A stretch of 32,000 nucleotides of DNA, from contig NC_014033.1 in NCBI RefSeq assembly GCF_000025925.1, positions 2,760,001 to 2,792,000 on the forward strand. The letters are read 5' to 3'. Shown one piece after another: positions 25,393 through 32,000 of this stretch. The number at the start of each line of letters is the position of its first letter. The stretch's first letter is position 1. The notes under the pieces were generated by a model that was not told the origin of the DNA, did no database searches, and was given only the letters and a program-made list of their open reading frames with translations. Origin of the DNA: Xylanibacter ruminicola 23 (GTDB lineage: Bacteria; Bacteroidota; Bacteroidia; Bacteroidales; Bacteroidaceae). A program made the position numbers and the translations under genes.

Positions 25393-26234
25393 TTTCTTGT
25401 TTCTATAATACAATTATTTGGTTCACGCACGTTCTCATCGATAGTAATCGAACCTATACTGTCGGCAACGATGTGGCCGCTGGTGGGGTTCTTAATGTTC
25501 TCGATGTGGCCTTTGATGTCGGCCTCAACGGTTGAATATTCAAACACACGGTCGCAAGCAGCGTCAAAGGTACAGTTCTCAAGTACCAGGTTCTGTGCAT
25601 AGCACAACAGCTGCTCGCCAGCCAAATGACAGTTAACCAAGCGCACATTCTTAGAGTGCCAAGCCAGGTACTCACCATCCAGCGTAGAATCGTAGATAGT
25701 CACATTCTCACACTCCCAGAACGAATCCTTCGTGATAATTTTAGCATTGTGAATCTCTACATTCTCACAATACTGGAATACATATTTGGCATCACTCTCC
25801 AATCCATCTACATAGATATTCTTAGAGAACATGAAGGGATAGGTTCCCTCATGCAGCTTCACATTCTTCAGTTTCAAGCCATCTACCTTCCAGAAAGTTT
25901 CGTCGGCATCGTTAATCACCACGTTCTCCAGCTCTACGTTCTTCATCTCACGGAAGAACTTAGGGCCATCAATCGTACAATCCTTCATCACCAGATCGTT
26001 GGTGTACCATATGGCCGAACGCGAACCAGGTGCAAAATAGCAGCGTTCGATTTTAGCACCATCCACGTGCCACCAAGGGTATTTTCCATAGAACTTGCTA
26101 TCGTAACATTCCATGTTCTGGCACTGCTTGATACCAGACTCTCCATCTACAATTGTAATCTCTTCTAATCTCAAATCATGAGCGGCAAACAGAGGCCTCT
26201 CGCCTCCAAATTCCTTACCTCTAATTAGTTCCAT
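25389..26234 (-). CDS. right-handed beta-helix repeat protein, DUF3737-like
   Basis: 281 aa made of periodic repeats of about 20-25 aa (NVELENVVI, LKLKNVKL, ENVEIHNAKI, ENVTIYDSTL, KNVRLVNCHL, QNLVLENCTF). Size and N-terminus (GKEFGGERPLF) match DUF3737 as I remember it, unverified. Confidence 0.72.
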   Translation of the reverse strand: MELIRGKEFGGERPLFAAHDLRLEEITIVDGESGIKQCQNMECYDSKFYGKYPWWHVDGAKIERCYFAPGSRSAIWYTNDLVMKDCTIDGPKFFREMKNVELENVVINDADETFWKVDGLKLKNVKLHEGTYPFMFSKNIYVDGLESDAKYVFQYCENVEIHNAKIITKDSFWECENVTIYDSTLDGEYLAWHSKNVRLVNCHLAGEQLLCYAQNLVLENCTFDAACDRVFEYSTVEADIKGHIENIKNPTSGHIVADSIGSITIDENVREPNNCIIETRK

Positions 26235-26262
26235 TGTTTTTGTATTATTATAAATTCGGGTG

Positions 26263-26270
26263 CAAAGTTA
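26263..26270 (-). promoter_or_regulatory. -7 box TAACTTTG upstream of the DUF3737-patB pair
   Basis: CAAAGTTA on the plus strand, 28 nt upstream of ATG 26234. Confidence 0.6.
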
Positions 26271-26275
26271 CTAAG

Positions 26276-26327
26276 AAAATCCGTAATCAGTATAAACTGA
26301 CCACGGATTCTTTTACCCTTTAAGGGT
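26276..26327 (-). terminator. two short hairpins downstream of the small YD-motif gene
   Basis: On the minus strand, ACCCTTAAAGGGT is followed by AATCCGT(18 nt)ACGGATT and then TTCTT. Both stems are weak. Confidence 0.4.
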
Positions 26328-26351
26328 TTTTATAATTTAAAGAGAGAGAAT

Positions 26352-26771
26352 TTATTTCAACGCGAGCAAATAAGCATCCAAAGGTTCCATGACTACCGTA
26401 CGACTGGTGAGATACATGTTGTCGTGTGCCTCGTTCATCTTATAGGTCTTAACCGTTGTAAGATTAGGAGCCTGCGAACGGTAGAGCGTTACCTGCGAGG
26501 GGATATCATAGGTCTGCTTATCGGCATTCCACTGACTAACCTCTTCGTTGTAGCCATTCTTAAAGTACTTATAAGTCAGGCGGCTGCTCTTCTGCCACTG
26601 CTGTGTGGCTTCATCCCAGCTCAGCATCTCCTTGAAGGCAAGGCGACCCTGCTCATCGTATTCATAACGATACTCAACCTTCTGAGCCTCACTCTGATTG
26701 TTAGCTGCATACGAACTAACAGTGCTAAGACACATGGCGATAACCATTGCTGCTGTGATGATTGCTTTCAT
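26352..26771 (-). CDS. small secreted hypothetical protein with a YD-repeat-like motif
   Basis: 139 aa with signal peptide MKAIITAAMVIAMCLSTVSSYA. It contains YRYEYDEQGRLAF, which matches the Rhs/YD consensus YxYDxxGRL. It has its own promoter box and downstream hairpins. Confidence 0.6.
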   Translation of the reverse strand: MKAIITAAMVIAMCLSTVSSYAANNQSEAQKVEYRYEYDEQGRLAFKEMLSWDEATQQWQKSSRLTYKYFKNGYNEEVSQWNADKQTYDIPSQVTLYRSQAPNLTTVKTYKMNEAHDNMYLTSRTVVMEPLDAYLLALK

Positions 26772-26813
26772 ACCTTTATCGTTTTAAATTGTTATTTTTA
26801 TCTGTTTGACGTT

Positions 26814-26821
26814 GCAAAGGT
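26814..26821 (-). promoter_or_regulatory. -7 box TACCTTTG upstream of the small YD-motif protein gene
   Basis: CAAAGGTA on the plus strand, 42 nt upstream of ATG 26771. Confidence 0.55.
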
Positions 26822-26867
26822 ACGAAAAGTTGCACAAGCATTGAGTTATCGTAATGTTATCTTTAGG

Positions 26868-29216
26868 TTAAATCTGTTTTGCCTCTGAGAAATAGTACTT
26901 TCTCAAAGGCATTTTAACAGCTTCGCCACTCAGATTTATCTCCTGCTGCAGCTTGATATCCTGCGATGATGCGCCTACCTTAATGATATACTTGCCTGGC
27001 TGGATGTTCCACTGGCGCTGACCATCATGGGTATAATAACCTAACTGCTCGGTGTACATCTTCACGCTAATCTTCTTGCTCTCACCTGGCTTCAGCGATA
27101 CACGGGCAAAGCCTTGCAGCTGGATAGGACGAATCTGCCGACTCTTATCGGCAGGCGAGAGATAGATCTGTGCCACCTCATCGGCTGCCACCTTACCTGT
27201 ATTCTTCACATCAAAGGTAAGGTTAAAGCTCTCGTCCTTGGTAGTAACCTCGGTTGTAGCCTCTAAGTTAGCATACTCGAAGGTGGTATAGCTCAAACCA
27301 TAACCGAAGGGCCATGCAACACGTGCATCCTTCTCGGCAGCATAGTTGTAGCAGATAGGCTCGTTGATCTCAACATTAGGATAGCTGACAGACAGCTTGG
27401 CCGATGGCGATACCTTACCATACAGGATGTCGGCCACAGCATTACCACCCTCCTCGCCTGGATACCAGGCCTGAATGATGGCAGCACACTTCTCGGCTAA
27501 GCCAGAGATAACCTGAGCTCTACCGCCAAACATCACCAGCACTACAGGTTTGCCTGTCTGGATGAGTTCCTCAACAAACTGCTCCTGCTTACCTGGCAAG
27601 CGCAGGCCCTGACGATCGCGGTTCTCACCACAAAGCATCACGTTCTCGCCCACGGCAGCAATAATCACATCGGCATTCTTAGCCATCTGCAGGGCTTCGG
27701 CTTTGTCGGCCTTTTCGCCTGCATCCACCTTGCGGTGCAGCAACTCGTACTCCCAAGCACGTGCATCGCCCAGCTCGCCATATTTAGTCTCAATTTCCTC
27801 GGTCCAATCGCAACCACGCGAATACATCACGTTCACGCCCTCGGGCTTGTGGTTCTGCATACCTTCGAGCAGTTTCACGATGTGAGGATTCTCCGACTTA
27901 TAGTCGACCTTCTTCCAGAAGTACGACATGGCAGGATAGGTATAGTCGCCACACATAGCCCAGATAGAGTTGGCATTAGGACCAGTAAGAAGCACGTTCT
28001 TCACCTCCTTGAGTGGCAGCACCCCATTGTTCTCCAACAGCACCACACTCTGGGTAGCGATATCGTAAGCCGTCTTTCGCTCCTCGGGAGTATCAAGCTT
28101 GATATCCTCCTTCGAGTAGAGATAAGCATCCTTATCGAACAATCCCATACGGAACTTGATACGCAGCACATTCTTCACGGCACGCTCCAGCACCTCGGGC
28201 TTAACCAGACCTTTATCGATAGCCTCCTGCAAAAGCTGGTAGTTGGCACCAAAGGGGAAGTCGACATCGTTACCACCATTGATGGCAGCAGCAGCCTTTT
28301 CTACTGCGCTGTCGATATTTGGAATCTGGTCGATAGCGGTATAATCGCTCACCACCATACCATCGAAACCTACGTAACCACGCAGAATATCCTGCAGAAT
28401 CTCGCTGTTAGCCACACATTTTGTGCCATGCACCTCGTGATAGCCTGGCATAACAGCTACGCTACCAGCCAAACGAATCATAGTCTCGTGAGGCAACAGA
28501 ATCTCTTCCATCATCTCCTTCTCGTCGGCATCGCCGCCACCACCATAACCTAAGTAGTGCTTAGAGCAGGCGCCAACACCTTTCTTCAAGTCGCCCTGCT
28601 GCAAGCCGTTTACAAAAGCGGTACCCATCACAGCCGACAGGTAGCCATCCTCGCCATACGACTCCTCCAAGCGATTAAAGCTGGGGGTGCGACATACATC
28701 CACCATTGGCGACAGGGCAAAGATACCACCCATTTTTCGCAATTGCGTACTGGTCTGACGTGTTTTCAGTTCAGCCAACTCAGGGTTGAACGAACCAGCC
28801 TGACCAATCTGCTGGGGATAGATGGTGGAACCTAAGGTATTGATACCCGAGAGCACCTCTTCGTGCAAGAGGGCGGGGATACCATTGGGTGTATGGTGCA
28901 TCAGCCAGTCCTGAATAGCCACAGCACGATCGCGCAATTCGTTCGGATCGCGAGGCTGCTGCATGCAGAACTGTGAGAAATGACCAATACCATAAGGTAT
29001 CAGTTCCTTACACTTGGCTGTATCTAACTTGCCGTCAGCATCAAAGAGTTCGTCCATATACATACTCTTCAGCTGTGCGATGCGCTCCTCCTGAGGCATC
29101 TTCTGGTAGAGTTCATCAATCTGCTGTTCCATGTCTGTTGCTGTGTTACAACTTGTAATTAATGCAGCAAGCGCCATCATAGCCCAACTGCCAATAGTCT
29201 TAAGTTCCTTTTTCAT
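26868..29216 (-). CDS. glycoside hydrolase family 3 (beta-glucosidase / beta-xylosidase type), secreted
   Basis: 782 aa with a signal peptide. It has KHYLGYGG and the nucleophile motif GFDGMVVSDY, followed by an alpha/beta sandwich and a C-terminal FnIII-like domain. Confidence 0.92.
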   Translation of the reverse strand: MKKELKTIGSWAMMALAALITSCNTATDMEQQIDELYQKMPQEERIAQLKSMYMDELFDADGKLDTAKCKELIPYGIGHFSQFCMQQPRDPNELRDRAVAIQDWLMHHTPNGIPALLHEEVLSGINTLGSTIYPQQIGQAGSFNPELAELKTRQTSTQLRKMGGIFALSPMVDVCRTPSFNRLEESYGEDGYLSAVMGTAFVNGLQQGDLKKGVGACSKHYLGYGGGGDADEKEMMEEILLPHETMIRLAGSVAVMPGYHEVHGTKCVANSEILQDILRGYVGFDGMVVSDYTAIDQIPNIDSAVEKAAAAINGGNDVDFPFGANYQLLQEAIDKGLVKPEVLERAVKNVLRIKFRMGLFDKDAYLYSKEDIKLDTPEERKTAYDIATQSVVLLENNGVLPLKEVKNVLLTGPNANSIWAMCGDYTYPAMSYFWKKVDYKSENPHIVKLLEGMQNHKPEGVNVMYSRGCDWTEEIETKYGELGDARAWEYELLHRKVDAGEKADKAEALQMAKNADVIIAAVGENVMLCGENRDRQGLRLPGKQEQFVEELIQTGKPVVLVMFGGRAQVISGLAEKCAAIIQAWYPGEEGGNAVADILYGKVSPSAKLSVSYPNVEINEPICYNYAAEKDARVAWPFGYGLSYTTFEYANLEATTEVTTKDESFNLTFDVKNTGKVAADEVAQIYLSPADKSRQIRPIQLQGFARVSLKPGESKKISVKMYTEQLGYYTHDGQRQWNIQPGKYIIKVGASSQDIKLQQEINLSGEAVKMPLRKYYFSEAKQI

Positions 29217-29237
29217 TGGATAATACCTTATTTATTA

Positions 29238-31052
29238 TTATTTAGTCTCGTACCACTTCTTCAGCACGTAGAAGGCCAGCTTCTTCTCGCCCTTATCGCT
29301 TACCAAACCCTTACGGTTATAGTAGTCCTGCACACCAGGCAGTACACGACGAGGCGAACGGAAGTCCTTCAGAATCCAAGGTGTGGTACCTGCCAAGCCC
29401 TCAATCTTATCGAGCATAGCAGTGTTCTCCTTATAGAGATTTTCCTGGAACTCCTCAGTCCAACGCTGGTTCTTGGCACCATGATAGCCGTAACGGGCAC
29501 CGCCACCAAACTCGCTGATAATCACAGGTTTGTCGTAAGGAATCACCCACTTCATCTTTGGTGCATCGTTTACATCGCGATACCAACCGATGTACTGGTT
29601 AAAACTTACCACATCTACATACTCGTTCATGTTGTCGTTCAAACGGTTCACATAGTTCGAGGCACCAGTAACCTCCATCGCCATCGAAATCAGACGGGTG
29701 TTATCGAGTGTGCGGGCATACTTGGCCAGACCACCTAAGAACTTATCACGCTCAGCAGAGTGTGGGGTTTCGTTGGCGATACTCCAGATAATCACATTAG
29801 CACGGTTATGGTCGCGGGCAATCATATCGGTAAGCTGCTGCTTGGCATTAGCAAAGGTGTTTGGATTAGTCCAGGCGATGGTCCAGTAAACAGGAATCTC
29901 GCTCCATACCAGGATACCCATACGCTCAGCCTCGCGCACCATCTCCTCGTGGTGAGGATAGTGGGCCAGACGCACAAAGTTACAACCTAACTCCTTGGCC
30001 CATGAAAGCAGCGTGTGAGCATCCTCAACACTGTTGGCACGTCCGCCACCATTGGGTTTCTCATTGTGGATAGAGATACCCTTCAGGAAGATAGGCTTAC
30101 CGTTAAGCAGAATCTGCTTGCCACGTGTCTCGATGGTACGGAAGCCGATAGAATCAGCAACCATACCTGCATCGAGCGTGAGCTGCACATCATAGCGCTT
30201 GGGGGTCTCAGGGCACCAGAGCTGCAGTTTCTTAGCAGCCACCTTCAGGATACCACTCACCTTGCCTTCGGCATCGGTAGTGAACTGCTGTTTCAACTTC
30301 AGTTCAGGAATATACACCTCTACCTGATGACCAGCCTCCTTGGCGTTCATCTTAGCCGAAAAGGCGAGCTCTCTCACTTTGGCCTTACCGGCAGCCTTCA
30401 TCAGCTGCAGGTCGTAGTTCTCCAAATAGTTCATGGGGACCTTTACCAGCTTCACGTCGCGGGTAATACCACCGTAGTTCCACCAGTCGAAAATCTGTGT
30501 GGGCACATCCTCGGCATGACGCTTGTTATCCACCTTGACAATCACGGTGTTCTCGCCTTTCTTCAGCAAATCGCTGATATCATAGTTGAATGGGGTAAAG
30601 CCACCTACGTGGTGACCAGCCTTCTTACCATTCACCCATACATGGCAATCGTAGTTTACAGCGCCAAAATACAGCAAGGTGCGGCATTCGGTCATAGGCA
30701 CGGCCTGGAAACTTTTCTTAAACCAAACTGTTCCCTCGTAGAAGAACAGCTTTTCGTCTTGCGTATTCCAGTCAGAAGGGATCTTCATGGTTGGCGACTT
30801 ATCGAAGTCGTACTCAATCAAATCCTCAGGTTTCTGGGGCTTGGCATTGATAAAGAAACCATTACGCATAGGGTTCATACGATAGTCGTAATAGCCCTCT
30901 TCCTGTACATCAACAATGTAGTTCCAATCGCCATTCAGCGAACAACTCTCATATGCCTGCACATTCTGGATTAATGGCAGGGGCTCGTTAGCGGCTGAAG
31001 CTGCAAGCACACCACTTGCAGCCAGCAACATAGTAGTTAGTAATTTCTTCAT
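29238..31052 (-). CDS. glycoside hydrolase family 2, beta-glucuronidase-like, secreted
   Basis: 604 aa with signal peptide MKKLLTTMLLAASGVLAASA. Acid/base motif WSIANETPH, nucleophile motif ISEFGGG, and a C-terminal YYNRKGLVSDKGEKK that aligns with the E. coli GUS GGNKKGIFTRDRKPK (NxK uronate motif). Confidence 0.85.
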   Translation of the reverse strand: MKKLLTTMLLAASGVLAASAANEPLPLIQNVQAYESCSLNGDWNYIVDVQEEGYYDYRMNPMRNGFFINAKPQKPEDLIEYDFDKSPTMKIPSDWNTQDEKLFFYEGTVWFKKSFQAVPMTECRTLLYFGAVNYDCHVWVNGKKAGHHVGGFTPFNYDISDLLKKGENTVIVKVDNKRHAEDVPTQIFDWWNYGGITRDVKLVKVPMNYLENYDLQLMKAAGKAKVRELAFSAKMNAKEAGHQVEVYIPELKLKQQFTTDAEGKVSGILKVAAKKLQLWCPETPKRYDVQLTLDAGMVADSIGFRTIETRGKQILLNGKPIFLKGISIHNEKPNGGGRANSVEDAHTLLSWAKELGCNFVRLAHYPHHEEMVREAERMGILVWSEIPVYWTIAWTNPNTFANAKQQLTDMIARDHNRANVIIWSIANETPHSAERDKFLGGLAKYARTLDNTRLISMAMEVTGASNYVNRLNDNMNEYVDVVSFNQYIGWYRDVNDAPKMKWVIPYDKPVIISEFGGGARYGYHGAKNQRWTEEFQENLYKENTAMLDKIEGLAGTTPWILKDFRSPRRVLPGVQDYYNRKGLVSDKGEKKLAFYVLKKWYETK

Positions 31053-31060
31053 ATCATTTG

Positions 31061-32000
31061 TTATTTGATGATTAATCCACCATTGGGCTGGATAGTAACC
31101 TTAGCCTTGCCCTTCTTATCAACCTTCAGGGTACCCATGGTAGGCTCGCCCTTCTGGTTATCTACATAGATAGTTGGTGTTTTGCCAGCCAACATCGAAA
31201 GATCGAGTGTAAGCTTGAGTGGTTCCTTCTGGGCATTCAAGCCTGCAATGTACCAATCAGCACCATGGCGACGGGCCAGAACCACGTACTTGCCAGGATA
31301 GCCATCAATATAGCGTGTCTCATCCCATGTAGCAGGCAATGTCTTCAGGAAGTCGAGCTCGAACTGAGGCAGTTCCTGCAGGTTGTTAGGACACATGGCC
31401 ACACACTGGATTGAAGTCTGGTTGGTAATGCCTGAAGCAATCTCGAAGATATCAGTAGTCTTGCGAGAGTGACGACTCTTGTTGTCGCGACTCAGATACT
31501 TGTTCATAATCACACCACCCCAGTCCATCGATGCCACAGCATTGCGGCAGAATGGATGCAAGGTAAGGTCGAATGGCTCGTGGATGGCAGCGCCCTCTCC
31601 AAAGAACACGTTCTCGCTGGCCAGCACAGCCTCAGAGGCTACGTAATTGGGGAACATACGCTCCCAACCGCGAGGCAGGGTACATCCATGGAAGATAACC
31701 TGAATGCCGTAACGGTTGGCATCAACCATGATATCCTCGTAAAGCTGCAGGGTTTCCTGCTTGTCGCCACCAAAGAAATCAACCTTGATGCCCTTCGCGC
31801 CAATCTGCTGCAACCACTTGAATTCGCGGTTACGAGCCAGCGAGGTATTCAAACAGTTACGTGGGCCCTGAGGCGCATCGTTCCAATAGCCGTTAGAGTT
31901 GTACCAAAGCATCAGGCTTACACCCTTGCTCTGTGCATAACGTGAGAGTTCCACCATTTTGTCACGACCTATCTGGGTATCCCAAAGGGCATCAACCAAG
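31061..32000 (-). CDS. glycoside hydrolase family 97 (alpha-glucosidase / alpha-galactosidase type), C-terminal part; the N-terminus lies beyond the window
   Basis: GIKVDFFGGDKQ and FHGCTLPRGWERMFPN are typical GH97 catalytic-barrel motifs, and the C-terminal beta-sandwich contains ARRHGADWYIAGLN. The ORF is open to the window edge. Confidence 0.85.
   Translation of the reverse strand, partial: LVDALWDTQIGRDKMVELSRYAQSKGVSLMLWYNSNGYWNDAPQGPRNCLNTSLARNREFKWLQQIGAKGIKVDFFGGDKQETLQLYEDIMVDANRYGIQVIFHGCTLPRGWERMFPNYVASEAVLASENVFFGEGAAIHEPFDLTLHPFCRNAVASMDWGGVIMNKYLSRDNKSRHSRKTTDIFEIASGITNQTSIQCVAMCPNNLQELPQFELDFLKTLPATWDETRYIDGYPGKYVVLARRHGADWYIAGLNAQKEPLKLTLDLSMLAGKTPTIYVDNQKGEPTMGTLKVDKKGKAKVTIQPNGGLIIK

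Noticed and set aside
27735-28553. Long antisense ORFs opposite GH3 (272 aa). The same applies to those opposite GH2 (30015-30974, 319 aa), DUF3737 (25626-26168, 180 aa) and GH97 (31469-31945, 158 aa).
   Set aside because: They have the same shadow-ORF pattern: H/L/I/T-rich translations with no motifs and no independent start signals. The sense-strand proteins are unambiguous.
19223-32000. Calling the CAZyme region a polysaccharide utilisation locus
   Set aside because: No SusC-like TonB-dependent transporter, SusD-like lipoprotein, hybrid two-component sensor or ECF/anti-sigma pair is present in the window. It may be part of a PUL that extends beyond position 32000, but this cannot be shown here.
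1-32000. CRISPR arrays, rRNA genes, IS elements, restriction-modification or other defence genes
   Set aside because: No regularly spaced repeats longer than the short tandem motifs reported above were seen, and no ORF has transposase, Cas, nuclease-helicase or methylase-type motifs.

Overview
This 32 kb window looks like a chromosomal segment from a Bacteroidota genome, probably Prevotella- or Bacteroides-like. I infer this from four things: about a dozen TAnnTTTG(CA) -7 promoter boxes and no Shine-Dalgarno sites, a fused SecDF, a DUF4271/HemD-like/rnpA/yidD/tyrS string, and GH97/GH2/GH3/GH43/GH28 enzymes carrying signal peptides. Positions 1-19100 are tightly packed housekeeping genes: murI, xerD, aroQ, an O-methyltransferase, rbfA, a LolE/FtsX-type permease, an M16 peptidase, metK, DUF4271, a hemD-like gene, rnpA, yidD, tyrS, tRNA-Gln, an SDR, HU, a rhomboid protease, an EEP phosphoesterase, secDF and tRNA-Arg. 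Positions 19200-32000 are a glycan-degradation neighbourhood. It holds a GH28-GH43 fusion gene divergent from a GH43-like gene, and a minus-strand GH97-GH2(beta-glucuronidase-like)-GH3 string. Between these sit a small secreted YD-motif protein and a DUF3737 beta-helix / PatB C-S lyase pair. I see no CRISPR array, transposase, phage genes, toxin-antitoxin pair or recognisable defence system, and no SusC/SusD or sensor-regulator gene within the window. I cannot support a clear-cut novel system. The best candidates for under-described biology are (i) the overlapping rhomboid + membrane-anchored EEP pair, (ii) the overlapping DUF3737 + PatB pair beside a stand-alone YD-motif secreted protein, (iii) the GH28-GH43 fusion enzyme, (iv) the DUF4271 + orphan HemD-like pair, and (v) several short, exactly repeated intergenic motifs that may be regulatory sites. 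All functional calls come from motif recognition by eye. No database search was run.
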